Origin: Alphaproteobacteria bacterium
Lineage (GTDB): Bacteria > Pseudomonadota > Alphaproteobacteria > Puniceispirillales > Puniceispirillaceae
DNA: 39,870 nucleotides
Assembly: GCA_011526395.1 (NCBI GenBank)
Contig: WTHW01000047.1
Location: 1 to 39,870 of the forward strand
Direction: 5' to 3'
A program made the translations under genes and the position numbers. Positions 10,094 through 20,280 of this stretch are shown one piece after another. Position 1 is the stretch's first letter, and the number at the start of each line of letters is the position of its first letter. The notes beneath the pieces were generated by a model. The model saw only the letters and a list, made by a program, of their open reading frames with translations, ran no database searches and was not told the DNA's origin.

Positions 10094-12805
10094 TTATGTT
10101 CCCTTGCGCGCCAGCATCTCTTGTAATTCATATAAAACTTCAAGAGCTTGTTTGGGAGAATAATCATCAACCGCCATCTGTTGTATTTTTTCAATAACAG
10201 GGTGGGGTTCAGACTTGGTCGTTGTTTGCGATACATCAAATAATGGCAAATCATTTAGCCTATCACTGGCACTCTCTTTGCCAGCTTTACTATGTTTTGC
10301 TTCATTTGATGCTTCTAATGTATCGAGAATCTTGGTGGCTCTATCTACCACCACATCTGGCAGGCCAGCTAATTTAGCAACATGCACCCCATAAGAGCGG
10401 CCTGATGCACCTTTGCCAACCTGATGAAGGAAGACAATATCGCCCTGCCATTCTTTGACCAACATCGTGCAAGGATATAAATGAGATAGCTTTGATTCTA
10501 GTGATATAAGCTCATGATAATGTGTAGCAAATAAAGTTCTGCATTGATTACTATCATGCAGATATTCCAAACAAGCATGCGCAATCGCAAGCCCGTCAAA
10601 GGTCGCTGTACCTCTGCCTATTTCATCTAATATCACCAGCGATTTTGTTGTTGCTTGGTTCAAGATTGTGGCGGTTTCAACCATCTCGACCATAAAGGTT
10701 GACTGCCCTCTTGCCAGATCATCTGAGGCACCAACGCGCGAGAAACATTTATCAATAATGCCAATTTCCGCGGCATCTGCAGGCACATATAATCCTGCCT
10801 GCGCAATGATAGCGATTAACGCATTTTGACGCAGAAATGTTGATTTACCCGCCATATTGGGGCCCGTTAGCAGCCATAATCTGTCGCTTTGTGTCATATC
10901 ACAATCATTTGGCATAAAGGGCGTATCAGCATCTAATGACTGCTCTACAACAGGGTGCCGCCCCTTGGTGATAACAAAGCGCGTATCACCAAATAAGCTT
11001 GGCCGGCAATAATGATGATGATTTGCCAATTTTGCTGTCGCTGTCGCAACATCAAGCTCTGCTAGCTTGCGACCTGCTAGGCTGATCGCATCTGCCTGTT
11101 CAATGACAAGCATCAGTAATTTATCAAAAATGGCTAATTCTAGCGCCAACGCCTTTTCAGCTGCAGATGAAATATCTCTTTCTAATTCAGCCAATTGCGT
11201 TGTTGTAAAACGCACTGTTTGCGCTGTTGTTTGTCTGTGAATAAATTGCTCATCAGACATTAATTTTTCAGCATAATTGGCTCTGACATCAATATGATAC
11301 CCAAGCACATTATTATGCTTTACCTTCAACGAATTAATGCCTGTTTGTGTGATATAATCTGATTGCAATGCTGCTATCAGGCGCCTGCTTTCATCACGCA
11401 ACTGGCGAAGCTCATCCAATTTTGGATCATAGCCATCTTTCACAAAGCCGCCATCACGTGCCAATAATGGCACATCCTCTGCGAGCGCATCATGCAAAGG
11501 CGCAAGCAAATTCGTTGGCGCGGCAATATCATCTGCCCGTTGTACCAGCGAGGCTTCAAAGTCTTTTCCGAACATTTGCGATGCTGGCCCTAGGGAAAAT
11601 TGATGCAAGGCAATTTGAATTTTCTGTGCAAGCTCAAAAAACCGCTTTAAAGAGACAAGATCGCGCGGACCACCTCTGCCGATGCTCAGGCGAGATAAGC
11701 ATCTCTCACTATCAGGAAGCGGCTTAATCAAGCTCACCACATCATCACAAAAATGATCATGTTCCACAAAAATTTGCGCCAAATCGAGACGGTCTTCAAT
11801 TTTTCGTTGGCTTGTCAAAGGCGCTGAAAGGCGTGTTGCAAGCAATCTTGCACCAGCGGCAGATTGCGTTTTATCAATCGCTGCTAATAAAGATCCATTT
11901 CTCTCATTTGCCATAGAGCGCGTTAATTCAAGAGAGCGGCGCGTGGCTGGATCAATTTCCATAATGCCATCATCACTAACCAGTTGGATGGCTTGCAAGC
12001 GCGGCATAGCTGAGATTTGTGTTTTACGCAAATAGACAATCAGCGCCCCTGCCGCTGACAACATCGCACGGCTCAGTTTGGCAAGATCGCTTGCTGTATC
12101 AGAATCTTGATAAAAACTATCTAGCACCGTCAGAGCTGATTGACTGTCAAAATCCTCATCTGGTTGAGAGGCGGCCGTAATATCATGTGTCTTGCAAAAT
12201 AAAGATAAATCATGACCATCAAATGAAGCTGGCCAGATGATTTCCGCAGGAGCAAGACGCGCAATTTGCCCCTCTAGGCTATCTGATGAGGCTGATTGCA
12301 CCTGAAATAACCCTGTGGACATATCTGCCCAAGCGATCGCCAACTCACCGCCAGCGCGTCCAATCGCTGTCAGGAAGTTATTTTGTTCAGGTGCCAGCAA
12401 ACCATCTTCATTCAAAGTGCCAGGTGTCACTAACCTGACAACATCACGAGGTAGCGGGCCTTTGCCACCACGCTTTTTAAAACTCTCTGGATCTTCAGAT
12501 TGCTCACAAATCGCAACCTTAAATCCCTGTCTTATCAAGCGCGCTAAATAATTATCCATGGCGTGAACTGGCACGCCGCACATGGCAATCTCTTTGCCTT
12601 CCAACTGACCACGTTTGGTAAGCGTCAAATTCAGCGCTTTTGCCGCAACTTCCGCATCGTGGAAAAACATTTCATAAAAATCACCCATCCGATAAAAGAG
12701 CAAAGCCTCTGGATAGCCCGATTTGACTTGCAAATATTGGGCAATCATTGGGGTAGGGCCTTTTGCTTTATCGCTTGCTGATTTTGCCGGTGCCGTTTTT
12801 GTCAT
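10094..12805 (-). CDS. mutS: DNA mismatch repair protein MutS
   Basis: 903 aa. Motifs are TPMIAQY...GDFYEMF at the N-terminus, Walker A GPNMAGKST, and DEIGRGT. Confidence 0.97.
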   Translation of the reverse strand: MTKTAPAKSASDKAKGPTPMIAQYLQVKSGYPEALLFYRMGDFYEMFFHDAEVAAKALNLTLTKRGQLEGKEIAMCGVPVHAMDNYLARLIRQGFKVAICEQSEDPESFKKRGGKGPLPRDVVRLVTPGTLNEDGLLAPEQNNFLTAIGRAGGELAIAWADMSTGLFQVQSASSDSLEGQIARLAPAEIIWPASFDGHDLSLFCKTHDITAASQPDEDFDSQSALTVLDSFYQDSDTASDLAKLSRAMLSAAGALIVYLRKTQISAMPRLQAIQLVSDDGIMEIDPATRRSLELTRSMANERNGSLLAAIDKTQSAAGARLLATRLSAPLTSQRKIEDRLDLAQIFVEHDHFCDDVVSLIKPLPDSERCLSRLSIGRGGPRDLVSLKRFFELAQKIQIALHQFSLGPASQMFGKDFEASLVQRADDIAAPTNLLAPLHDALAEDVPLLARDGGFVKDGYDPKLDELRQLRDESRRLIAALQSDYITQTGINSLKVKHNNVLGYHIDVRANYAEKLMSDEQFIHRQTTAQTVRFTTTQLAELERDISSAAEKALALELAIFDKLLMLVIEQADAISLAGRKLAELDVATATAKLANHHHYCRPSLFGDTRFVITKGRHPVVEQSLDADTPFMPNDCDMTQSDRLWLLTGPNMAGKSTFLRQNALIAIIAQAGLYVPADAAEIGIIDKCFSRVGASDDLARGQSTFMVEMVETATILNQATTKSLVILDEIGRGTATFDGLAIAHACLEYLHDSNQCRTLFATHYHELISLESKLSHLYPCTMLVKEWQGDIVFLHQVGKGASGRSYGVHVAKLAGLPDVVVDRATKILDTLEASNEAKHSKAGKESASDRLNDLPLFDVSQTTTKSEPHPVIEKIQQMAVDDYSPKQALEVLYELQEMLARKGT

Positions 12806-12937
12806 GTGATGAGAAGATTTCTTAACTGTTTTATTGCTATAGAATATCGAATAAATTACAATGAAAGCTTACCGCTTTATTGACTTATCTTATAGTGCTT
12901 TTTTTTCAAAGTACTACATTGGGGACTCTTGAGGACA

Positions 12938-15199
12938 ATGGCAAAAGAACAATCAGCTTTATATAAAGAAGCACTCGCGTTTCATGAAAATGGCCGCCCC
13001 GGCAAATTAGAAATTTCGCCGACAAAACCTTTAACAACACAGCGCGACTTGTCTTTGGCTTACTCACCTGGTGTTGCAGCACCCTGCCTTGCTATCGAAG
13101 AAGATGCATCCAAGGCCTATGACTATACTGCCAAAGGCAATGTAGTCGCTGTTATCTCTAATGGCACAGCTGTTTTGGGGCTTGGCAATATTGGGGCAGC
13201 TGCTTCAAAACCTGTTATGGAAGGCAAAGCTGTCCTTTTCAAAAAATTTGCTGATATTGATGGGGTGGATATTGAATTATCAACTGAAGATATCGACAGA
13301 TTTGTAGATGCTGTCTCGCTGATGGGGCCTTCTTTTGGCGGTATCAATCTTGAAGATATTAAATCACCTGAATGTTTTATTATTGAACAGCGTCTTCGCG
13401 AGGTGATGGATATCCCTGTATTCCATGATGATCAGCATGGCACAGCCATTATCGCCGCCGCGGGTCTTATAAACGCCCTGCACCTGACAGGGCGCGAGAT
13501 GAAAGATATCAAAATCGTCTCAAACGGCGCTGGTGCTGCTTCTATTGCTTGTATTGAGCTGATTAAGGCAATGGGTGTCCCACATCAAAATGTTATCCTC
13601 ACCGACAGAGAAGGTGTGATTTATCAAGGCCGTGATGGGTCCATGAATCAATGGAAATCTGCACATGCTGTGAAAACAGATGCCAGAACACTTGAAGATG
13701 CCATCAATGGCGCAGATGTATTCCTCGGCCTGTCAGTAGCAGGCGCTCTGACCAAGGAAATGGTCGCAACGATGGCACCGCGTCCTATCATATTTGCGAT
13801 GGCAAATCCTGTGCCAGAGATTATGCCAGATGAAGCAAAATCAGTACGTCCAGACGCGATTGTGGCAACAGGTCGCTCTGATTTTCCAAACCAAGTCAAT
13901 AATGTTCTTGGCTTTCCTTATATCTTCCGCGGCGCCCTTGATGTGCGTGCAACAGCGATCAATGAGGAAATGAAAATCGCCGCTGCACAAGCGATTGCCT
14001 TACTCGCTAGAGAAGATGTGCCTGATGAGGTAAGCGCGGCATATGCTGGCGGCGCTTTGCAATATGGCGAAGATTACATTATCCCTGCCCCTTTTGACCC
14101 ACGATTAATCTCATCTGTTTCATGTGCTGTCGCGCAAGCGGCAATGGATACAGGCGTGGCGCAAAAACCACTAGCTGACCTAGAAGCTTATAAAAAGAGC
14201 CTATCTGCACGACTAGATCCCACAGCATCTCTTCAACAAGTTATTTTTGATGCCATATCGCCAGCTTCCAAGAAAATTGTATTTGCTGAAGGTGAAGAAG
14301 AGGTGGCCATTAGAGCCGCTCTCACCTTCCGAAATGCAGGCTATGGCGAGCCTATCCTTGTTGGCCGTGAGCATCGTATCCAGCAAACCATCGAAACATT
14401 AGGTCTCGAAGGCGCTGATACGATTGAGATTACGAATGCGAAAATCTCAGACTTTAACGAAGATTATATTGATTTTCTTTATAACCGCCTGCAACGCCAA
14501 GGCACTTTGCGCCGCGATTGCCAGAGAATGGTGAATTTAGACCGTAACGTCTTTGCGGCATGTATGGTGGCAAATGGTCATGCTGATGGCATGGTGTCTG
14601 GCTTAACGCGCTCGTTCCAGCCAACTTTTGCCCATATCACACGTGTCATTGACGCTGTCCCACAAAGCCATTTTGTAACAACAACAATGCTTGTATCCAA
14701 GGGGCGCACAGTCTTTATTGGTGATACCTCTATTCATGAACGCCCATCAGGAACTGAACTAGCCGCCATTGCTGAGACGATTGCCGCCAAAGCAGCCTCA
14801 CTTGGCAATGTGCCGCGTGTTGCCTTTTTGTCATTTTCAAATTTTGGTAATGCAAAATCTGATATCACACATGCCGCACAAGAAGCTGTCAGGGTGCTAG
14901 ATAGCAAGAAAGTATCCTTCGAATATGAAGGCGAGATGACAGCAAATGTGGCGCTTGATTATAATTTAATGCGCGACCGCTATCCTTTCAGCCGCCTAAC
15001 AGGACCTGCCAATATCCTCATCATGCCTGGCCTGCATTCAGCGAATATTTCATTTAACTTAATGCAACAGCTAGGCGGTGGATCTGTGATTGGGCCAATG
15101 CTTCTTGGTGCACAACATCCTTTCCAAATTGTACAAATGGGAAGTTCAGTGAATGATGTTGTAACAGCCGCAGCCCTAGCGGCTTATGAAGCTCTGTGA
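12938..15199 (+). CDS. maeB: NADP-dependent malic enzyme, hybrid type with a C-terminal phosphotransacetylase-like domain
   Basis: About 753 aa, with a malic enzyme core ([20 protein letters not shown]) and a PTA-like C-terminal half. GAGGA lies upstream of the ATG at 12938. The TTG at 12929 is an alternative start. Confidence 0.93.
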   Translation: MAKEQSALYKEALAFHENGRPGKLEISPTKPLTTQRDLSLAYSPGVAAPCLAIEEDASKAYDYTAKGNVVAVISNGTAVLGLGNIGAAASKPVMEGKAVLFKKFADIDGVDIELSTEDIDRFVDAVSLMGPSFGGINLEDIKSPECFIIEQRLREVMDIPVFHDDQHGTAIIAAAGLINALHLTGREMKDIKIVSNGAGAASIACIELIKAMGVPHQNVILTDREGVIYQGRDGSMNQWKSAHAVKTDARTLEDAINGADVFLGLSVAGALTKEMVATMAPRPIIFAMANPVPEIMPDEAKSVRPDAIVATGRSDFPNQVNNVLGFPYIFRGALDVRATAINEEMKIAAAQAIALLAREDVPDEVSAAYAGGALQYGEDYIIPAPFDPRLISSVSCAVAQAAMDTGVAQKPLADLEAYKKSLSARLDPTASLQQVIFDAISPASKKIVFAEGEEEVAIRAALTFRNAGYGEPILVGREHRIQQTIETLGLEGADTIEITNAKISDFNEDYIDFLYNRLQRQGTLRRDCQRMVNLDRNVFAACMVANGHADGMVSGLTRSFQPTFAHITRVIDAVPQSHFVTTTMLVSKGRTVFIGDTSIHERPSGTELAAIAETIAAKAASLGNVPRVAFLSFSNFGNAKSDITHAAQEAVRVLDSKKVSFEYEGEMTANVALDYNLMRDRYPFSRLTGPANILIMPGLHSANISFNLMQQLGGGSVIGPMLLGAQHPFQIVQMGSSVNDVVTAAALAAYEAL

Positions 15200-15209
15200 T
15201 CTTATCCTT

Positions 15210-16187
15210 TTATGATGCAACAATATCACGGATAAGCGCTTTTAGGTTAGCTTCAGGGCGTGCGCCATAGTGACAGATGATTTCCCCAGATAGAGCAGAG
15301 GCTATCTCGCCACATATTTTGGCATCATAGCCCTTTGCGCGACCATATAGATAACCAGCGGCAAATAAATCACCAGCACCTGTTGTATCTAATACCTCAG
15401 CGATTGGCTTTGCCATAACATGCGCAGACATACCATCTTTATGGATATAAGCGCCATCTGCGCCTCTTGTGATGATAATCTCATCAAGATACTCTGCCAT
15501 CTCTTGAGCGGCAGACTCATAATCTTTACCTGTTAGCGCGCGCGCTTCATCTTCATTTGAAAACAATATAGAAACATGTTGTTTAATGAAGTTTGATAGC
15601 GCATCAAAATGGCGTTCAACACACCATGCATCTGATAGAGACAGTGCCAATTTTGCGCCTGTTGCCTCAGCAATCATGGCAACTTTTTCAAACAAAGCAG
15701 GGCCATTTGGAGCATCAAATAAATACCCTTCAAGATAATACACATCACATGCTGGCATATCTTCAAGGTGAGCTGGGCCCATCTGGATACAAGCGCCAAG
15801 AAATGTGTTCATAGAACGCACAGCATCTGATGTTACAACAATCATAGAACGCGCTGTTGCTAGGCCATCATCTGTTTGTTTGCCTAAGAATTTTGTGCCT
15901 GTATCTTGCAATGAGGAAATAAATTCATGGCCTAACTCATCTTGCGCCACTTCACCAACATAACCAGATTGCCCGCCTAGCAACGCCATGCCCACAGCTG
16001 AATTTGCCGCAGAACCACCAGCCATTTTTGTTGGGTTTTCAAGATGCTGACTTAGGTAAATCGCCCTTTCTTCATCAATCAGATTCATACCACCTTTTTC
16101 AATAGCATGGTCTGTCAAAAAGGAATCTTCTGCCACTGCTACCATATCAACGATAGCATTACCTACATAAATCACATCTAGCGTCAT
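15210..16187 (-). CDS. PfkB-family carbohydrate/nucleoside kinase (adenosine-kinase-like)
   Basis: 325 aa with ribokinase/PfkB signatures (GGSAANSAVG; DTTGAGDLFAAGYL). Confidence 0.85.
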   Translation of the reverse strand: MTLDVIYVGNAIVDMVAVAEDSFLTDHAIEKGGMNLIDEERAIYLSQHLENPTKMAGGSAANSAVGMALLGGQSGYVGEVAQDELGHEFISSLQDTGTKFLGKQTDDGLATARSMIVVTSDAVRSMNTFLGACIQMGPAHLEDMPACDVYYLEGYLFDAPNGPALFEKVAMIAEATGAKLALSLSDAWCVERHFDALSNFIKQHVSILFSNEDEARALTGKDYESAAQEMAEYLDEIIITRGADGAYIHKDGMSAHVMAKPIAEVLDTTGAGDLFAAGYLYGRAKGYDAKICGEIASALSGEIICHYGARPEANLKALIRDIVAS

Positions 16188-16356
16188 TTGCTATATACCC
16201 ATCATCGTACAAAAACCTCGCAGACAGTAATCGCTGACCTCAGAATTTGCAAAGAAAATAACAAGCTTACAAAAAAGATGAAACTAGCCTTGCACTGTGT
16301 TGCTAGGACTTGCATAACTAATCACGAGTAAGTTTTGAAAAAAGTCAGGGCGTTTT

Positions 16357-16971
16357 GTGACAACTCTTAAAACAAATATAAGGCAGGGACTTCGGCACGG
16401 CCCCTTACTTATCGGCGCAGTATCGCTTTTGCTTGTTGCCTGTCAGCCCACAACACAAAAACCTGTCGAAGTGACAGCACCTATTATAAAAGACAGGGTA
16501 TCTGTGACCCAACAGCAACCTGCCAAACCGATCGAAGATAACCGCACTGCTATCCTTAACGCTGAGATTGAGACAGATAATCAAACAACGGATAATGCTT
16601 CAGCTCAAAATATGGCCGAAGATAAAGCAAAAGAAGATGACATTGAAATCGTCATTGTGCCAGCACCAACGCCTGCCCCTTTGCCAGAGCCGGAGCCTGA
16701 CCCGCTGGACCCAAATCAATTTATTGAGAAGTCACAATCTTATCTAAGTGGCACCTTGGGCAAACCAGATTATCAATTTGTGCAAGATTCAGTTACCATC
16801 GCACATTATAATCAACCTGCCTGTCAGATGCTTGCGTTTCTGTCAGATGTAAATGGCACCTTAAAAGTTATCCATATTGATCTGCGCCCCCCATTTCTTG
16901 GCGAAACCTTTTATCAGCAAGCTTGTTTTAAACAATTAGGCACAAGAGCTGATGAGCATCAAAACAACTAA
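16357..16971 (+). CDS. Hypothetical lipoprotein with a proline-rich linker
   Basis: GTG start, lipobox LLLVAC, a PAPTPAPLPEPEPDPLDP linker, and a C-terminal globular part of about 90 aa with two Cys. I recognise no family. Confidence 0.6.
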   Translation: MTTLKTNIRQGLRHGPLLIGAVSLLLVACQPTTQKPVEVTAPIIKDRVSVTQQQPAKPIEDNRTAILNAEIETDNQTTDNASAQNMAEDKAKEDDIEIVIVPAPTPAPLPEPEPDPLDPNQFIEKSQSYLSGTLGKPDYQFVQDSVTIAHYNQPACQMLAFLSDVNGTLKVIHIDLRPPFLGETFYQQACFKQLGTRADEHQNN

Positions 16972-17615
16972 ACCACCTTTGCTTTGAACTTGCATAAATC
17001 TGCAATCACACAATTGCCGCAATCAGGTTTGCGTGCCTTGCACACATATCGCCCATGCAAAATCATCCAATGATGAGCGCCTTTTTTCCATTTTTCTGGC
17101 ACACGGCGCAGTAATTCTTTTTCAACAACAACCACATCTTTTCCAGGCGCGATCCCTGTGCGATTACCAAGCCTGAAAATATGAGTATCCACTGCGATTG
17201 TCGGCTCTCCAAATGCTTCATTTAATACAACATTGGCTGTTTTTCGCCCAACACCTGGCAAAGCTTCTAATGCGTCTCTATCACGTGGCACCTCACTATT
17301 ATGCTGTGCGATTAATATCTCTGATAAAGCGAGCACATTTTTCGCCTTCATATTAAACAAGCCAATTGTTTTGATATGCTCTTTGATACCGCCAAGCCCC
17401 AGCGCCACCATCGCCTCTGGTGTATCTGCCGCTGCGAATAACCCTTTTGTAGCTTTATTCACACCAACATCAGTGGCCTGTGCAGATAATGCAACAGCGA
17501 CCAATAATGTATAAGGGTTTGTAAAGGCAAGCTCAGTTTGCGGATTTGGCATTTTTTGTGACAGTCTTTCAAAGACTATATCAATATCTGCAAGCTTCAT
17601 TTTAGGCGCCATCAC
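16968..17615 (-). CDS. nth: Endonuclease III (DNA glycosylase/AP lyase)
   Basis: HhH-GPD motif LPGVGRKTANVV and a C-terminal 4Fe-4S ligand set CKARKPDCGNCVIADLC. Confidence 0.95.
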   Translation of the reverse strand: MMAPKMKLADIDIVFERLSQKMPNPQTELAFTNPYTLLVAVALSAQATDVGVNKATKGLFAAADTPEAMVALGLGGIKEHIKTIGLFNMKAKNVLALSEILIAQHNSEVPRDRDALEALPGVGRKTANVVLNEAFGEPTIAVDTHIFRLGNRTGIAPGKDVVVVEKELLRRVPEKWKKGAHHWMILHGRYVCKARKPDCGNCVIADLCKFKAKVV

Positions 17616-17694
17616 GATACCCCTCTGGTTTTCTGATATCTATCGACTTATATGATATCACATATCGTTTTTTTAATCGTTGTTATTCTCAAAC

Positions 17695-18198
17695 ATGTCA
17701 CATAGTCACAGTGCCACAAATACATCTGTTACCAGCCCGATTTTAGATGTCATAACCTTATTTCCGCATCGCTCATTAAGCCAGCGGGGCTTTATGATTT
17801 TGGTATTTTGCCTTGCAAGTTTGGCATTTGTTATTGGACTTGGCTTTTTCCTCATTGGCGCATGGCCTGTCATCGGCTTTATGGGTCTAGAGTTACTTGT
17901 ACTATATGTTGTGTTCCGGTTGAATTACCGCGATGGTAAAGCCTCAGAGCAACTTCTCATCCATCAAAAAGGGCTAGATCTTATTCGCATTTCAGCCAAA
18001 GGCACACAAGAGCGCCAAACCTTTGAATCACATTGGCTTGCAGCTGAAGTCGTGCCGCAAAAAGGCAAACGAAACAGGCTTGTGCTTCGTCATCATCATC
18101 ATGATCATGAAATTGGGGCTTTCTTGCCACCTTCTGAAAAGAAGGAGCTCAAAAAGCTAATCAATGAGCGCATTGCCGCCGCTAGATTACAAAGCTAA
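17695..18198 (+). CDS. DUF2244-like integral membrane protein
   Basis: Two adjacent TM helices (FMILVFCLASLAFVIGLGFFLIGAWPVIGFMGLELLVLYVVF) are followed by a soluble tail. The architecture is typical of alphaproteobacterial DUF2244. I chose the ATG at 17695; the TTG at 17680 is possible. Confidence 0.65.
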   Translation: MSHSHSATNTSVTSPILDVITLFPHRSLSQRGFMILVFCLASLAFVIGLGFFLIGAWPVIGFMGLELLVLYVVFRLNYRDGKASEQLLIHQKGLDLIRISAKGTQERQTFESHWLAAEVVPQKGKRNRLVLRHHHHDHEIGAFLPPSEKKELKKLINERIAAARLQS

Positions 18199-18974
18199 AG
18201 GCCAAGCACATCATCCATCGAATAAAGCCCTGCCGGCTGTTGTGCCATGAAACGTGCCGCACTCAAAGCGCCCCTTGCAAAAATGGTGCGCTGGTTGGCA
18301 ATATGTGTCAGCTCAATGCGCTCATCTTCACTGAAAAAGATAACGCTATGCTCACCAGCAACATTGCCGCCGCGCATCACTGCAAAACCAATATCACCTG
18401 ATTTGCGCGCACCTGTGATACCATCTCTTCCAGAATCTCTGACATCATCTAATGGAACACCGCGCCCATCAGCTGCCGCACGGCCAAGTGCCAGCGCTGT
18501 ACCAGATGGTGCATCTACCTTTTGGTTATGATGGGTTTCAACAACTTCAATATCCCATTCATTACCAAGTGCTTGCGCCGCTTTTTGGACTAATTTAGCC
18601 AGCAGATTCACACCCATAGATGTGTTGGCACAATATAAAATAGGAACTGTCTTTGCCGCCTCACGAAGCGTTGCTTCTTGTGCATCATCAAGGCCGGTTG
18701 TGCCAATGACCAATGCCTGAGACGTTGTCTTTGCGACCTCTATCAATGCCATTGTTGCTTCAGGGCGCGAAAAATCAATAATGACCTTTGCTTGCGCAAG
18801 ACTTGTCGCATCATCTGTGATGACACCGGTGCCGCAAGGGCTTCCTTGATGAGGGCTCGCAGAATATTCTAGGCCGCCACATAACACCATATCGCCTGAT
18901 GATTTAGCAACGTCTGTTATCATCTGCCCCATGCGTCCCATGGCACCAGAGATGGCGAAATTGATGGCTGTCAT
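18195..18974 (-). CDS. dapB: 4-hydroxy-tetrahydrodipicolinate reductase
   Basis: N-terminal GAMGRMG dinucleotide fold and the catalytic EVVETHHNQKVDAPSGTA motif. Confidence 0.95.
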   Translation of the reverse strand: MTAINFAISGAMGRMGQMITDVAKSSGDMVLCGGLEYSASPHQGSPCGTGVITDDATSLAQAKVIIDFSRPEATMALIEVAKTTSQALVIGTTGLDDAQEATLREAAKTVPILYCANTSMGVNLLAKLVQKAAQALGNEWDIEVVETHHNQKVDAPSGTALALGRAAADGRGVPLDDVRDSGRDGITGARKSGDIGFAVMRGGNVAGEHSVIFFSEDERIELTHIANQRTIFARGALSAARFMAQQPAGLYSMDDVLGL

Positions 18975-19024
18975 TATCTAAAACCTTTTTGCTAATAAAA
19001 TGCCTCTATAGCATAAATAGCGCA

Positions 19025-20155
19025 TTAGGCATCGTCAAACAGACCTTTAATTTTATCATACCATTTTGTGGCTGTCGGGCTGGCATCGCCTGTTTCTTGG
19101 AATTCAGCAAGCAGTTCTTTTTGCCTATCAGATAGATTTGTTGGTGTCTCAACTTGCACCTCAACAATCTGATCACCTGTACCAGCACCGCGCAAGGCTG
19201 GCATGCCTTTTCCGCGCATTCTAAATTTACGTGCTGACTGTGTGCCTGCCTCTATCGTCAAACGAGCCATTTTACCAGAAATAGTTGGCACATCTATCGT
19301 ACCACCCAACGCGGCTGTTGCCATTGGCACTGGCACGCGCATATAGAGATGATTCCCATCACGTGTGAAAATATTATGATGTTTAACATCAACAAAGATA
19401 TAGAGATCGCCAGCAGGGGCGCCGCGCACACCTGCCTCACCTTTACCAGATAACCTTATTCTCGTTCCCGTATCGACACCGGCTGGAATCGTCACTGATA
19501 GGTTTTGCATCTTCTCAACACGGCCTTGTCCAGAACAACTGCCACATGGATCTGCGATTGTCTGACCTTGTCCCTGACATGATGGACAAGTGCGCTCAAG
19601 CGTGAAAAAGCCTTGTTGTTGGCGAATTTTACCAGACCCATTACATGTGCCGCAATTATCAACAGACGAGCCAGCATTTGCACCTGTCCCAGAACATGAC
19701 TCACAAGAAGCAGCGACTTTGACACGTATATCTTTCTGAATGCCAGAAAAAGCCTCTTCTAGCGAAATGCTCATATCATAGCGCAAGTCACTTCCTTGCT
19801 GTTGCGCACTGCCACCTGAACGTCCGCCAGAAAACTCGTTAAACATCTGATCAAAGATATCAGAGAAGCCGCCACCGCCGAAGCCACCGCCGCCGAAGCC
19901 ACCGCCACCAAAGCCGCCAGCTTGCTGGTCAAAAGCCGCATGGCCTAATCTGTCATAGGCCGCACGCTTTTGATCATCTTTTAACACTTCATAAGCTTCT
20001 GAAGCTTCGCGGAACCGCTCTGCGGCTGCTTCATCATCTGGATTGCGATCTGGGTGATTTTTCATCGCCAGCTTGCGATATGCTGATTTAATTTCCTTTT
20101 CATCAGCATTTTTGGCCACGCCTAATACGTCATAGAAATCACGTTTTGCCATCAC
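19025..20155 (-). CDS. dnaJ: Molecular chaperone DnaJ
   Basis: J domain with HPD (KNHPDRNPDD), a G/F region (GGFGGGGFGGGGFGGGGF), and four CxxCxGxG zinc-finger repeats. Confidence 0.97.
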   Translation of the reverse strand: MMAKRDFYDVLGVAKNADEKEIKSAYRKLAMKNHPDRNPDDEAAAERFREASEAYEVLKDDQKRAAYDRLGHAAFDQQAGGFGGGGFGGGGFGGGGFSDIFDQMFNEFSGGRSGGSAQQQGSDLRYDMSISLEEAFSGIQKDIRVKVAASCESCSGTGANAGSSVDNCGTCNGSGKIRQQQGFFTLERTCPSCQGQGQTIADPCGSCSGQGRVEKMQNLSVTIPAGVDTGTRIRLSGKGEAGVRGAPAGDLYIFVDVKHHNIFTRDGNHLYMRVPVPMATAALGGTIDVPTISGKMARLTIEAGTQSARKFRMRGKGMPALRGAGTGDQIVEVQVETPTNLSDRQKELLAEFQETGDASPTATKWYDKIKGLFDDA

Positions 20156-20280
20156 ATCACCTTTGATAAAAAATCGTTATCTTACCATCTTATAAAACCG
20201 AAAAGGTCTATGCACAATTTCCGGCCAAAGAGCGCATAAACCTTGTCTGGTTTCCTAAAGCCAATACGGGGGGTATGGCT

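Noticed and set aside
18088-18111. His-rich run (RHHHHDHE) in the DUF2244-like protein, a possible metal-binding tag or CAT-repeat slippage site
   Set aside because: It is only 4-5 CAT codons inside an intact ORF. It could be functional, but nothing in the sequence supports a specific claim.
19865-19920. Tandem 15-nt repeats (GAAGCCRCCGCCRCC x3-4) that look like a microsatellite or repeat array
   Set aside because: They encode the GGFGGGGFGGGGFGGGGF G/F linker of DnaJ on the minus strand. This is an ordinary coding repeat, not a CRISPR or VNTR feature.
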